64,000 bases of DNA. Origin: an uncultured SAR86 cluster bacterium (GTDB lineage: Bacteria; Pseudomonadota; Gammaproteobacteria; Magnimaribacterales; Magnimaribacteraceae). Where the stretch lies: NCBI GenBank assembly GCA_902517565.1, contig CABYCU010000003.1, positions 53,518 to 117,517 on the forward strand, given 5' to 3'. The notes beneath the pieces were generated by a model. That model searched no databases and was not told the DNA's origin. It worked only from the letters and a program-made list of their open reading frames with translations. The position numbers and the translations under genes are program-made. Position 1 is the stretch's first letter; every line of letters begins with the position of its first letter. Below, in pieces: positions 1 through 10,649 of the stretch.

Positions 1-642
1 TTATTAGTCGATGAGAGACCTGAAGAGGTAACGGAGATGAAAAGATCTGTTAAAGGAGAGGTTATTGCAAGCACATTCGATGAGGCGCCAACTAGACACG
101 TACAGGTTGCAGAGATGGCCATTAATAAAGCAAGGAGGCTGGTTGAACACAAACACGATGTTGTGATTTTATTAGATTCTATTACTCGTCTAGCTAGGGC
201 GTATAATTCTACACAAGCTGCTTCTGGAAAAATCTTAACAGGAGGAGTTGATGCTAACGCTTTGCAGAAACCAAAACGTTTTTTTGGTGCTGCAAGAAAT
301 ATAGAAGGCGGAGGGAGTCTTTCTATCATTGCAACAGCACTAATAGATACTGGATCTAGAATGGATGAGGTTATATTTGAAGAATTTAAAGGTACTGGAA
401 ATTCAGAGATTAATTTAGATAGAAAGATAGCAGAAAAAAGGGTCTTTCCTGCCATAAATGTCAGAAAAACTGGTACAAGAAGAGAGGACTTATTAACTTC
501 TGATCTCGAACTAAGAAACATAACAGTTTTAAGGAAACTCTTAAATGAGATGGATGATACAGCTGCTATGGAATGGGTTCTTGATAAGTTGAAAGACTAC
601 AAAACTAACGCAGAGTTTTTTGAGTCCATGAAAAGAAAATAA
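1..642 (+). CDS. rho: Transcription termination factor Rho (5'-truncated by window edge)
   Basis: Frame open from base 1 ([13 protein letters not shown]), then [29 protein letters not shown], all Rho hallmarks. Confidence 0.98.
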   Translation, partial: LLVDERPEEVTEMKRSVKGEVIASTFDEAPTRHVQVAEMAINKARRLVEHKHDVVILLDSITRLARAYNSTQAASGKILTGGVDANALQKPKRFFGAARNIEGGGSLSIIATALIDTGSRMDEVIFEEFKGTGNSEINLDRKIAEKRVFPAINVRKTGTRREDLLTSDLELRNITVLRKLLNEMDDTAAMEWVLDKLKDYKTNAEFFESMKRK

Positions 643-646
643 AGAA

Positions 647-892
647 CTACAGTTCTTCTTTTTTACTCTTCTTATTACCTTTATAGAACAATAGTCTATT
701 TAATACCCCTATAAAAAAAACACCCACCAAGGTTGAAAGCATTATAAATGCTACAATCATCTCAGAATTAATTTGAATACTTTTCTGAAATAAAATAACT
801 TCAAAAGGATTTAAAAGATTCAATTTTCCGTTAGTCAACAATACTAAGAGTATTGCAAAAAATATTAATCCTAAAAAGAGTCTAGCTTGCAT
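647..892 (-). CDS. Small two-helix membrane protein, LapA/DUF1049-like
   Basis: Two hydrophobic segments and a basic C-tail; ATG at 892 overlaps the rsmD stop (ORF track start 913 is less likely). Confidence 0.4.
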   Translation of the reverse strand: MQARLFLGLIFFAILLVLLTNGKLNLLNPFEVILFQKSIQINSEMIVAFIMLSTLVGVFFIGVLNRLLFYKGNKKSKKEEL

Positions 893-1445
893 AAAGATAA
901 AATTTAGTTTCACCGCCTTTTGAGGCTTTTAGTTGTTGCAAGCCTGCAGCAATGGGTTCAATAGCTAGCTCACTCTCACATTCTATATACAGATAACCCT
1001 CTTTCTTTAATAAATTATATTTTGTAATTATTTCTATAGATTTTTTCAATAAGCCCTCGTGGAAGGGAGGGTCTAAAAATATGAGATCGAAACTTTCATT
1101 CATTGGTTCGTAATTCATAGATAGGGCGTTTGCGTTAATTATCTTAACTTGTGGTTTTATATTTAATTTAGTCGCCAAGGAATTGATAGAATCACACAAC
1201 CCCTTTTTCTTTTCTATAAAAGTAATATTACTTGCACCTCTTGAAATCGCCTCAAAACCTAATGCCCCTGTGCCGGAGAACATATCGAGGCATTTTTTAC
1301 TCTTTAAGTCATTAAGCAACCAATTGAAAAGTGTTTCTTTAGTTTTACCTTCAGTTGGCCTTAGAGATTTCGAAGGCCTAAAGGCGAGTTTTGTACCTTT
1401 AAATTTACCTCCGATAATTCTCGTAGCAACTTGTCTTTTAGCCAT
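882..1445 (-). CDS. rsmD: 16S rRNA m2G966 methyltransferase
   Basis: RIIGG, LRPT, LDMFSGTGALGFEAISRGA, DPPF motifs. Confidence 0.95.
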   Translation of the reverse strand: MAKRQVATRIIGGKFKGTKLAFRPSKSLRPTEGKTKETLFNWLLNDLKSKKCLDMFSGTGALGFEAISRGASNITFIEKKKGLCDSINSLATKLNIKPQVKIINANALSMNYEPMNESFDLIFLDPPFHEGLLKKSIEIITKYNLLKKEGYLYIECESELAIEPIAAGLQQLKASKGGETKFYLYAS

Positions 1446-1503
1446 ATCAACAATATTATGCCCTTAGAAGCTACTAGCAACTAATTTGCCTTGTGGTTTT
1501 TTA

Positions 1504-1980
1504 ATGGAAGACTCTAATTTAAAAGAAAATTTTATCTCAGCAATGAGGGCCATACCATCAACTGTATACGTTGTCTCAGCAAAGTCAGGAGATGAAAGGC
1601 ATGCGATGACTGCAATCTCTGTCGTTTCATTGTCTATGGAGCCACCTTCGGTTTTAGTTTGTATCAATAAAAAAGCATCTATACATAGCATTCTTTCCAA
1701 AAACTCTCTTTTTTGTATAAACATTCTCTCTAGTGAGCAGGAAAGTCTTTCACAGGTATGTAGCGTAAGTGAAGAAGGGGAATCTAGATTTCAGGACGCT
1801 ACTTGGGAACAAGATGAAGATTATGTTTTTAATGAAGAATCTTTATCAAATATATTTTGTAAGTGTGTGGATACAATAGATCACTCTTCACATACAATCT
1901 TCATAGCTGAAGTCAAAAGAACTTTAAACAATTCTTCTAATGAGCCTTTGGTCTATAAGTCCGGCAAATATTTAAAATAA
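1504..1980 (+). CDS. Flavin reductase-like protein (HpaC/RutF family)
   Basis: SVVSLSMEPPSVLVCI, FCINIL, HTIFIAEV, PLVY motifs; ATG 1504 preferred over TTG 1486. Confidence 0.85.
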   Translation: MEDSNLKENFISAMRAIPSTVYVVSAKSGDERHAMTAISVVSLSMEPPSVLVCINKKASIHSILSKNSLFCINILSSEQESLSQVCSVSEEGESRFQDATWEQDEDYVFNEESLSNIFCKCVDTIDHSSHTIFIAEVKRTLNNSSNEPLVYKSGKYLK

Positions 1981-1981
1981 T

Positions 1982-2374
1982 ATGAAATATCTTTTTCTTA
2001 CTTTAATACTAATCTCTTCTTCTGTATTCACCAGTGAAGCGAGAGTCTATTTTGTAAATCTTGAAGACGGCGACACTTTAAAATCTCCATTTCTAATTCA
2101 GTTTGGACTATCTGGAAAAGGAATTGCTCCTGCTGGAGTTGATAGAAGTGATACCGGGCATCATCATTTATTAATTAATGTAGACTCAATAGATCTCAAG
2201 GCGTCAATACCTTCTTCCAAAAACCATATTCATTTTGGGGGAGGTCAAACTGAAGCAATGATAGATCTTTTACCGGGCGTATATTCATTACAATTGGTTT
2301 TAGGAGATATGTATCACGTACCTCATAATCCGCCTCTATCCTCAAAAAAGATCTCAGTAAAAGTAACTGATTAA
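1982..2374 (+). CDS. DUF4399 domain secreted protein
   Basis: Signal peptide; GHHHLLIN and HFGGGQTE motifs, LQLVLGD. Confidence 0.8.
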   Translation: MKYLFLTLILISSSVFTSEARVYFVNLEDGDTLKSPFLIQFGLSGKGIAPAGVDRSDTGHHHLLINVDSIDLKASIPSSKNHIHFGGGQTEAMIDLLPGVYSLQLVLGDMYHVPHNPPLSSKKISVKVTD

Positions 2375-4654
2375 ATGAAAAAGTACTTCTTGGCTATTTT
2401 AGTAGCCCTAGTGTCACTGATTTCAAATTTTGTTTCGTCTGAGATCGTAGTTGATGGAGTTTTAAATGAAAAAGAGTGGGGTTTAGCTCAAAAAATAACT
2501 AAGTTTTATGAGGTCTATCCTTATTCACTTGAAGTTGTAGAAGATATAAAAACCGAAATATTAATTTATGAGGACGAGCGTGGAATTTATTTTGGTTTTA
2601 AAAATTTTCAACCTTCATCAACTATGCGTATAAAGAATCATCTGCGAGATGATGAAATGTCTATTACCGACAAAACTGGTGTTGCTATAGATTTTGATGG
2701 AGATGGAATAAATGCGTACCAATTCTTTATATCTTCTAGCGGCTCAATAGGTGATGCAACAGTCAGAAATGAGACTGAGAGGAATTGGGATTGGGATGCT
2801 GATTGGAGCTCAGCCACTAGCATTGATGAAGATGTTTGGTACTCTGAATTATTTATCCCTTGGTCAGTTGCCTCGATGAAAACTGTTACAGGTGAGAAAC
2901 GCTCTATAAAGTTAGCTTTCTACAGATTGTTGATGGGCTTAGGAAGAGGCGTCTCTACTATAAAAGGCAGCCCAAACCAGAGTGTTTTTCTATCAGTATT
3001 TGACGAATTTAAGGTAAATAATTTTGATTCATCTGATATAGATTATTTTCCCTATCTAACTGTAAATGAAGATATTGCAAACTCTGACTTGAAAAGTAAA
3101 GGAGGCGCAGAAATTTTCTGGAAAATAGATTCTAGTAAACAATTAAATATGACTTTTAATCCTGACTTTGGTCAGATTGAAAGTGATGAGGTGGTTGTTA
3201 ATTTTTCTTCGGTAGAAACCTTTTATTCAGACAAAAGACCATTTTTCTCTGAAAATCATAATCTATTCGATGTAAAAGGCATGACTTTTAGAATCTTAAA
3301 CACTAGAAGAATAGGCGGTAGACCTGACTATAACTGTTCTGCTTATTCGGAAGAAGATTATTGCAATCAGAATAAGACTGGAGCAACCGATATCGATTAT
3401 GCCGTGCGCTACACTCAAAAAGGCGAAGTGGATTTTGGTTTTTTAGGTGCTTCTGAAAGAGACGAGAGGTTTAGTAAGGGCAGAGATTTTTATGCGTTAA
3501 GACTAAATACAAAAAACAATGGATTATCTTACGGTTACCTCGGGACGTATGTAAAGAAACCCGTTCTCGGTGATGACGCTTTGGTCAATTCTTTTGATTT
3601 TGAGTACAGACCATCAAGCTTGCTTCGCTACACTGGCAATTTCATCCATTCTGATCTTGATTCTGGTCAAGGTTATGGAATAAGGACAGGATTTGGATAT
3701 GATCCAGATAAAAATTTTTCAACAGGAGCGTCTCTTTATTATCTTGATAAGAAGTTAAACATAAATGATGCAGGTTATCTGGCCTTTAATAACAGGGCAA
3801 TGGTAATGGGCAGAACACAATTTAAGAATACCGACTTCGATGAAACTTCTATCTTTAGATCTAGAACTTATGAGATTGGTTATGGCTATAAAGCAAATGC
3901 TAATTTTTTGAAACAAGCTGCTAATTTTGCCTTTAAAATTAAAAGTATATTTTCCAATACATCAGATATAAATTCGGAAATATTTTATAGATCGAGCGGA
4001 AGAGATCATAGAATAACTAGAAATTCAAAATTGGCTCCCTACATCAACATGCCTGAAGGATATGGAGGCGATGTAGAGTTTAATGGACCAAGAAATCCTC
4101 GATATTTCTATAGCGTAAAAATTAAAAGAGAAAAAGGAAGTGAACATTCTCCTCAATTAGGATGGAATAATTCATACAGAGGTATGATCAAATATATGCC
4201 AACAGATTCTTTATCTTTTAGTTTTTTTCATAAACATGAAAAGGAAAATAACTGGCTTAATTGGTTGAATGACAACCTCCTAGCAACTTTTGATAAAAAA
4301 CAAAGGACTTCAGTGCTGGGCATGGAATGGTTCTCAGGAACTAAGCATGAACTTCGCATTAAAGGTCAACTAGTAGCATTTACTGGAAGAAACCCTGTTC
4401 CTTATCTGGGAGATATTAATGGTAACCTTATGCGGACAGATATTCTTATCCCAGGTATAACCATTAGTGAGCTTGCGTTCCAGGTCAGATATAGATATGA
4501 GATTTTACCCTTAGCCTATCTGTATGTTGTGTATTCAAAAGGAGGAAGAATCTCATCTGATGACGAAGAAGATAGCCTTCAAGAACTTTATAAAAGACCC
4601 TGGGAAGACCCGTCTGATGAAAACTTTACGGTAAAATTAAGATATAGATTTTAA
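2375..4654 (+). CDS. DUF5916-family outer-membrane protein with N-terminal CBM9/DOMON-like domain, copy 1
   Basis: Signal peptide, IVVDGVLNEKEW, NPDFGQIESD, KRPFFSEN, TRRIG, C-terminal Phe (KLRYRF). Confidence 0.75.
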   Translation: MKKYFLAILVALVSLISNFVSSEIVVDGVLNEKEWGLAQKITKFYEVYPYSLEVVEDIKTEILIYEDERGIYFGFKNFQPSSTMRIKNHLRDDEMSITDKTGVAIDFDGDGINAYQFFISSSGSIGDATVRNETERNWDWDADWSSATSIDEDVWYSELFIPWSVASMKTVTGEKRSIKLAFYRLLMGLGRGVSTIKGSPNQSVFLSVFDEFKVNNFDSSDIDYFPYLTVNEDIANSDLKSKGGAEIFWKIDSSKQLNMTFNPDFGQIESDEVVVNFSSVETFYSDKRPFFSENHNLFDVKGMTFRILNTRRIGGRPDYNCSAYSEEDYCNQNKTGATDIDYAVRYTQKGEVDFGFLGASERDERFSKGRDFYALRLNTKNNGLSYGYLGTYVKKPVLGDDALVNSFDFEYRPSSLLRYTGNFIHSDLDSGQGYGIRTGFGYDPDKNFSTGASLYYLDKKLNINDAGYLAFNNRAMVMGRTQFKNTDFDETSIFRSRTYEIGYGYKANANFLKQAANFAFKIKSIFSNTSDINSEIFYRSSGRDHRITRNSKLAPYINMPEGYGGDVEFNGPRNPRYFYSVKIKREKGSEHSPQLGWNNSYRGMIKYMPTDSLSFSFFHKHEKENNWLNWLNDNLLATFDKKQRTSVLGMEWFSGTKHELRIKGQLVAFTGRNPVPYLGDINGNLMRTDILIPGITISELAFQVRYRYEILPLAYLYVVYSKGGRISSDDEEDSLQELYKRPWEDPSDENFTVKLRYRF

Positions 4655-4684
4655 TACTTCAAAAATATAAAATAGCGCGTCTTA

Positions 4685-7003
4685 ATGAGACTAAAATTGC
4701 ATAGGAAGCTCTTTCTTCTTAACTCAGTACTAACACTACTCTTTACAGCACAAATATACTCACTAGATCTAGTCATTAATGGAAAGATCGATGAGAATGA
4801 ATGGGCTGGAGCTGTGGAGATAACTAAGTATTACGAGAGTCTCCCTTATACTCTAAATGACGCCTCGGGTTCTCAGAAAGTTTTAGTACTTGAGGACGAA
4901 AAGGGTATTTACTTAGGGTTTATAAACTATCAATCTAGTGATTCCATCAGAACTCAGAAACACCAGAGGGATGATGAAATGGCAAATGCCGATATGGTAG
5001 GTGTTTCTATAGATTTTGACGGCGACGGACTTCTCTCTTATGGATTTTCTATATCGGCAGGAGGATCAATTCTTGATAATGTTGTTAGAAATGAAAATGA
5101 AGTTAACTATGACTGGGATTCTGATTGGGGACATGGGGTAAGCGTAGAAGGGGATGTTTGGTATGCAGAAATGTTTATACCCTGGAGCGTGGCCCCAATG
5201 AAAGCACAGAGTGGTGATAAGAGAAAAGTAAAACTTTCTTTTTATAGGTGGTTGAGGAGTGAATTTAAAGTTTATACAACCATTAAAGGGAATCCCCGTA
5301 CTGAAAAGTTCATTTCTATATTCAATGATTATGAATTCAATAATTACAGTGTTTCTAAGATAGACTATTTTCCTTATATAAACTTGTCAGAAGATAGAGT
5401 ACTTAACGAAGATGATACTAAAGTTGGAGCTGAGATATTTTGGAAAATAGATGCTGGAAAACAACTAAATATTGCTCTGAATCCTGATTTTGGACAAGTT
5501 GAAAGTGATGAGTTGGTGGTAAATTTTGACTCAAGTGAAACTTATTACTCTGATAAAAGGCCATTTTTTTCTGAGAATCATTCTTTATTTGATGTAAAAG
5601 GTTTTAGGTTCTTTTATGTAATCAATACAAGAAGAATTGGTGCAGCACCAGATTATGATTGTTCAGTCTACAGCCAAACTGTTAGAGATTTATGCCAGTC
5701 ATCTCAAGTTGGAATTTCAGATATAGACTATGCTATTCGTTACACCCAACAGAATGAATTGTTAGACTTTGGATTTCTTGGAGCCTCAGAAGCCGATGAA
5801 GAATTTAGTCAAGGAAGAGACTTTTATTCGTTGAGATTACGTAAGGCTGAAAAAAAACTTTCCGTTGGATATTTAGGCACTTTTGCTAAAAGACCGGTTC
5901 TTGATCGAGAAGCAAATGTAAATACCATTGATTTAATCTATAGACCGAAGGATACAATGCGTTTCGACGCAATTTTTATTAATTCTAAAATTGATGACCC
6001 TCTGGTCGATAAAGATTCTGGTAATGCTTTTAGATTCAGGTTTACTTCGTCTCCTACAAAACAAAGATATCATGATTTAGGCATATTTTACTTTGATGAG
6101 AACTTAGATATAACAGACATGGGATATCAAATGGAAAAGGACTGGCTTTTCGCTGGTTCTCAAAATGGACTGAAATTTACAGATTACGATGACACTTCAA
6201 TATTCCAATCAAATCAAGTGGAGTTGGGTTTAGGACTTCAGGCCAATGGAGATTTAGATAAATCTTCTAATTTCACTTACCTAACCTACAAGAGTTATTT
6301 TAGAAATACTTCATTTTTAGAATTTACAAATTTTCATAGAACTCCAGCAAAAGACTTTTGGGTTACAAGAAGAGACCCCACAGCTCCTTTTATCAAAAGA
6401 CCTGAGAATTATGGAACAAATATTCAATTTAGCGGCCCGTCCAGAAACTTTTTTAATTACTTCGTTGAATTAAAAAGAGAGAAGGGGACTCAATGGAGAT
6501 CAGCTACAGGTTTTGCTACTTCATATGCTGCAAAATTAAGTTTTGCACCAAGAGATAACCTTAATTTCTCTGTTTATCATCAAAACCTAAAAGAGGAACA
6601 ATGGCTCAACTGGCTTCAAGATAATTTATTAGGCATTTATTCTAAAAAACAAAGAACAACAGTTGCAGACCTCAACTGGTTCGGTGGCGATAAGCATGAA
6701 TTAAGAATAAAAGCACAAATGGTTGCCTTCACAGCACGAGATCCATTGCCTTATTTAGGAGATTCTTATGGGCAACTTAATGCAATAGATATGGCCCTAG
6801 ATCCTTTTACTCTTAGCGACCTTGCTTTCCAGGTGAGGTATAGATATGAAATTCTACCCTTGGCTTATCTATATGTAGTTTATTCTAGGGGCGGCAGAAT
6901 TATTCGAACAGACTTAGAAGATGATCTTGAAGAGATTTATAAAAGGCCTTGGAATGATCCACAGGCGGATACATTTACCGTCAAGGTTCGTTATAGATTT
7001 TGA
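4685..7003 (+). CDS. DUF5916-family outer-membrane protein, copy 2 (tandem paralog)
   Basis: Same motifs as copy 1 (NPDFGQVESD, KRPFFSEN, LAFQVRYRYEILPLAYLYVVYS, KVRYRF). Confidence 0.75.
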   Translation: MRLKLHRKLFLLNSVLTLLFTAQIYSLDLVINGKIDENEWAGAVEITKYYESLPYTLNDASGSQKVLVLEDEKGIYLGFINYQSSDSIRTQKHQRDDEMANADMVGVSIDFDGDGLLSYGFSISAGGSILDNVVRNENEVNYDWDSDWGHGVSVEGDVWYAEMFIPWSVAPMKAQSGDKRKVKLSFYRWLRSEFKVYTTIKGNPRTEKFISIFNDYEFNNYSVSKIDYFPYINLSEDRVLNEDDTKVGAEIFWKIDAGKQLNIALNPDFGQVESDELVVNFDSSETYYSDKRPFFSENHSLFDVKGFRFFYVINTRRIGAAPDYDCSVYSQTVRDLCQSSQVGISDIDYAIRYTQQNELLDFGFLGASEADEEFSQGRDFYSLRLRKAEKKLSVGYLGTFAKRPVLDREANVNTIDLIYRPKDTMRFDAIFINSKIDDPLVDKDSGNAFRFRFTSSPTKQRYHDLGIFYFDENLDITDMGYQMEKDWLFAGSQNGLKFTDYDDTSIFQSNQVELGLGLQANGDLDKSSNFTYLTYKSYFRNTSFLEFTNFHRTPAKDFWVTRRDPTAPFIKRPENYGTNIQFSGPSRNFFNYFVELKREKGTQWRSATGFATSYAAKLSFAPRDNLNFSVYHQNLKEEQWLNWLQDNLLGIYSKKQRTTVADLNWFGGDKHELRIKAQMVAFTARDPLPYLGDSYGQLNAIDMALDPFTLSDLAFQVRYRYEILPLAYLYVVYSRGGRIIRTDLEDDLEEIYKRPWNDPQADTFTVKVRYRF

Positions 7004-7197
7004 CACTCCCGATTTTCAGAACAGAACCATCCATCATCATTTTTGAATGCTTCAGAAATGGGTAAGTTCAAGTCACAGGATTGGCATTTAACAATTACAA
7101 TTTCAGGGACATCTATTTTCTTTGTAGGTTTACTTTTAGACCTTGCCATCAAATAAACAAGCGCAATTACTACGACTAATATTAGTAGTTGCCACAT
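6991..7197 (-). CDS. PP0621-family small membrane-anchored Cys-rich protein
   Basis: N-terminal TM, CxxC-LP-EA...FCS pattern, position next to bamD as in pseudomonads. Confidence 0.6.
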   Translation of the reverse strand: MWQLLILVVVIALVYLMARSKSKPTKKIDVPEIVIVKCQSCDLNLPISEAFKNDDGWFCSENRECQNL

Positions 7198-7199
7198 GA

Positions 7200-8072
7200 C
7201 TACTGAGTTGAGAAGTCCGGTTTTGCTATATCTTCTTTGCCTAACATCCCAAATGTAAGAACATTAGTCCATGAGCGAGTTTTAATAGACTCATTTTCTT
7301 TATAATTAAAATTAGGATAATTTGAAGTAAGAACCTCTAAGCTTCTATTCTGAAGTTCTTTATAATCCAATAAACCATAGGCCTCTACAAGTACAGAAAG
7401 TGCGTAGGGAGTTTGTGGGGTATTAGGTAGATGCTCAATAACATATTTTGATCTGCTTATCGCTGCTAAATAAGCACCCCTTTGCATATAGAAATCAGCA
7501 ACATACATTTCATGCTTTGCTAGAAGATTTTTTAAGTAGATCATCCTTTGCTTGGCATGAGATACATAATTACTTTGTGGATATCTAGAGATAAAATCAG
7601 ACAATTCATCAAAAGATGTTTGAGCCATAACAATTTCTCTTTTTTCTAGATCTGACTGAAAGTATCTAGAGAATAAACCTGAGTCGTCAGTAAACGCAGC
7701 AAGTCCTTTCATATAAAAGGCATATCCGGTATGTGAATGTCGAGGATGTAAGTTGATGAATCTTTCAGCAGCTGATTGGCTAGCTTCAAATTGTGAATTC
7801 ATATAATAAGCATATATTAGCTCTGCTTGAGCTTGCTCGGCATATCTACCGAAAGGGAACCTTGACTCTAATGCTTCTAGACTCATTATTGCCGTGGAGA
7901 AGCTTTCATTTTTCAAGCGAGATTGCGCTTGATCGTATAATTCTTTTTCTATAAGACGTTCATCTGGCATCTCTTCGTTTGAAGAACAGGCAGGAAGAAT
8001 TAGAATAGCTAGAATTCCCAATATAGTGAGATTTATCTTGCTTGATATGGAAAAATTGTGAACGATTGTCAT
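7200..8072 (-). CDS. bamD: Outer membrane protein assembly factor BamD
   Basis: Lipobox LPAC; RFPFGRYAEQAQAELIYAYY; divergent from rluD. Confidence 0.95.
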   Translation of the reverse strand: MTIVHNFSISSKINLTILGILAILILPACSSNEEMPDERLIEKELYDQAQSRLKNESFSTAIMSLEALESRFPFGRYAEQAQAELIYAYYMNSQFEASQSAAERFINLHPRHSHTGYAFYMKGLAAFTDDSGLFSRYFQSDLEKREIVMAQTSFDELSDFISRYPQSNYVSHAKQRMIYLKNLLAKHEMYVADFYMQRGAYLAAISRSKYVIEHLPNTPQTPYALSVLVEAYGLLDYKELQNRSLEVLTSNYPNFNYKENESIKTRSWTNVLTFGMLGKEDIAKPDFSTQ

Positions 8073-8143
8073 TTAAACTACGAATTCTACAGATCAGAGT
8101 AGTTCTTGGACAGAAAAAGGTTTACTAGGTTCAGATTTAATAT

Positions 8144-9091
8144 ATGACAACAAAAAAAAAGATATCTCTTAAATATACTGTAATAGATTCAGATCAAGGT
8201 CATCGAGCTGACCAGATTGCCGCAAGACAATTTTTAGATTATTCCAGAGGGCATATCCAGAAATGGATTAAGGAAGGTGATTTGCTAGTTAATGAAAAAA
8301 AAATAAAACCCAAGAATGCTCTTCAGATCGACGATGTTATAACTGTAAATTTTTGGGAAGAACCTCAACTAACTGACCTTCCTGAAGATATACCACTTGA
8401 TATAATTTTTGAAGATAATGATATATTAATCATTAATAAACAACCTGGTCTAGTGGTCCATCCAGGATCTGGAAATAAGAAAGGCACTCTCATGAATGCT
8501 CTATTATCTCATGATCATAATCTGGGGTTCTTACCAAGAGCGGGTATAGTTCACCGACTAGATAAAGATACCTCAGGCCTCATGGTAATATCTAAAACTG
8601 AAAGCTCTTACTTGAATCTAATTGAGCAACTAAAGAATCGATCTGTAAAAAGAACTTACCTAGCTATGGTTGTAGGCGAGCCTGTTTCAAGTAAGACTAT
8701 AGATGAGCCAATTGGTCGTCATCCTAAAATTAGAACTAAGCAGGCAATTATCAAAAATGGTAAGGAGGCTATAACTCGATTTAGTAAGTTAGAGAGTTTT
8801 AAAGGATATTCTTTACTGAGGGTTAATTTAGAGACAGGTCGAACTCACCAAATTAGAGTCCATCTCTCTCATATTGGTTACCCTATTATCGGAGATCCGG
8901 TTTACGGTAATAGAAATAAATTTTCTATTGGCACAAACGAAGATTTGAAGACAATTATTTCGAGTTTTAACAGACAAGCTCTTCATGCTGAAGGACTAGA
9001 ATTAATTCATCCTTCTAGCAACGAACCCGTATCTTTTAAAACTGAAATGCCATCGGACATGAAAGATTTACAAGATCAAATTAAGAAATAA
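8144..9091 (+). CDS. rluD: 23S rRNA pseudouridine 1911/1915/1917 synthase
   Basis: S4 domain, NKQPGLVVHP, HRLDKDTSGL, GRTHQIRVH. Confidence 0.95.
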   Translation: MTTKKKISLKYTVIDSDQGHRADQIAARQFLDYSRGHIQKWIKEGDLLVNEKKIKPKNALQIDDVITVNFWEEPQLTDLPEDIPLDIIFEDNDILIINKQPGLVVHPGSGNKKGTLMNALLSHDHNLGFLPRAGIVHRLDKDTSGLMVISKTESSYLNLIEQLKNRSVKRTYLAMVVGEPVSSKTIDEPIGRHPKIRTKQAIIKNGKEAITRFSKLESFKGYSLLRVNLETGRTHQIRVHLSHIGYPIIGDPVYGNRNKFSIGTNEDLKTIISSFNRQALHAEGLELIHPSSNEPVSFKTEMPSDMKDLQDQIKK

Positions 9092-9783
9092 TGAATTTTG
9101 ATTTCTTTCAACCTGAAACTCCGTTGGGGAAAAAGATAAATTGCTTTACCCTGACTAAGAATTTCTTTGATAAGAATTATATAAATGCTGATAAGAATAA
9201 TCTGATTAGTAATTTTCTTTCATTTAACGGAGTGCCTATTCAATACATGGATCAAGTGCATGGAAGGAATGTAGAGTTCATATCTTCATATTCCACTATA
9301 CCAAGCTTTAACTGCGACGCATTATTCTGTTCTAAAAGTAATCTTGCTCTAGCAGCGCTCTCTGCAGATTGTATGCCAATTGCGCTAAGTAAAAACGATG
9401 GAAGTGATTTCGCTATTATTCATGCCGGCTGGAAAGGTCTTGTTTCTGGTGTGATAGAGTCTTGTGTATCAGCTTTCACCGACAAAGGTGAGACCTTGAG
9501 CGCTTGGATTGGGCCATCAATATCAAAGGAAAATTATGAAGTTGATAAAGATATTTATGATACTTTTACGCATAAAGATAAAAATTCGGAAATAAATTTC
9601 ATTAAGAAAGATACCAATAAATGGCTATTTAATCTTAGAGAAGAAGCTGAGAGAATCTTAAAAAAATACAAGATAAAAGTTCAAACTTCTGACGTCTGTA
9701 CTCATGATTCAATATATTTGTATTCTTATAGGAAAGAAAGAACAAACAACAGACTAGTCACCATCATTTGGAGAAATAAATGA
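9091..9783 (+). CDS. pgeF: YfiH/PgeF-family protein (purine nucleoside phosphorylase / peptidoglycan editing factor)
   Basis: QVHG, ADC, HAGWKG, GPSI, YSYR; follows rluD. Confidence 0.9.
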   Translation: MNFDFFQPETPLGKKINCFTLTKNFFDKNYINADKNNLISNFLSFNGVPIQYMDQVHGRNVEFISSYSTIPSFNCDALFCSKSNLALAALSADCMPIALSKNDGSDFAIIHAGWKGLVSGVIESCVSAFTDKGETLSAWIGPSISKENYEVDKDIYDTFTHKDKNSEINFIKKDTNKWLFNLREEAERILKKYKIKVQTSDVCTHDSIYLYSYRKERTNNRLVTIIWRNK

Positions 9784-10649
9784 AAACTAAAGGTTTTATA
9801 GGGTTGGGTATAATGGGTTTTTCTATGGCAGGTCATATCTCGAAGGTGCATCCCACCTTCGTTTATAATCGTTCGCATTCAAAGTCTCACCATTGGACGG
9901 ATACATATACTGGTAATGTGGCTGAAAGTCCTGAAGACCTTGGTATTTCTTGTGAAGAGATATTTATTTGTGTTGGCGATGATGACGATGTAAGGGAAGT
10001 TATTGCTGGTAATAAAGGCCTTATTAATACGATGCAGCCAGGAGGTATTATTGTAGACCATACCACTACATCTGCTGTTCTTTCTTTTGAGATGCACCAA
10101 CTTTGCTTAAAGAAAGGTGTGCATTACTTAGATGCACCTGTTTCTGGAGGTCAAGCTGGAGCAGATAATGGCGCACTAACTGTTATGGTGGGTGGAGATA
10201 AAATTGCTTATGAGCAGGTAACTGAAACAATTAATCTTTATGCAAAATTCTCAAAGCTTATGGGGCCTTCAGGCTCCGGACAATTAACGAAAATGGTAAA
10301 TCAAATATGCATAGCTGGTCTAGTTCAAGGCTTGGCTGAAGGGATAAATTTTTCTGAAAAAGCAGGACTAGATACGAAAGATGTTATAGAAGTCATCTCA
10401 AAAGGTGCGGCCCAATCCTGGCAAATGGAAAATCGATGGGAGACGATGTCCTTAGGTGACTATGCTCATGGTTTTGCCGTAGATCATATGCGTAAAGACC
10501 TAAAGATAGCTATAGAAGAAGCAGAAAAAAAAGGTGCCGATATTGAAATTACAAAACTTATAGATGGCTTTTATAAAGATATTCAAGATTTGGGTGGAAA
10601 TCGGTGGGATACTTCTAGCTTATTGAAAAGATTGCAGAGACATGACTGA
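9780..10649 (+). CDS. NAD(P)-dependent beta-hydroxyacid dehydrogenase (3-hydroxyisobutyrate dehydrogenase / tartronate semialdehyde reductase family)
   Basis: GFIGLGIMG, LDAPVSGG, KMVNQ, KDL. Confidence 0.88.
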   Translation: MKTKGFIGLGIMGFSMAGHISKVHPTFVYNRSHSKSHHWTDTYTGNVAESPEDLGISCEEIFICVGDDDDVREVIAGNKGLINTMQPGGIIVDHTTTSAVLSFEMHQLCLKKGVHYLDAPVSGGQAGADNGALTVMVGGDKIAYEQVTETINLYAKFSKLMGPSGSGQLTKMVNQICIAGLVQGLAEGINFSEKAGLDTKDVIEVISKGAAQSWQMENRWETMSLGDYAHGFAVDHMRKDLKIAIEEAEKKGADIEITKLIDGFYKDIQDLGGNRWDTSSLLKRLQRHD

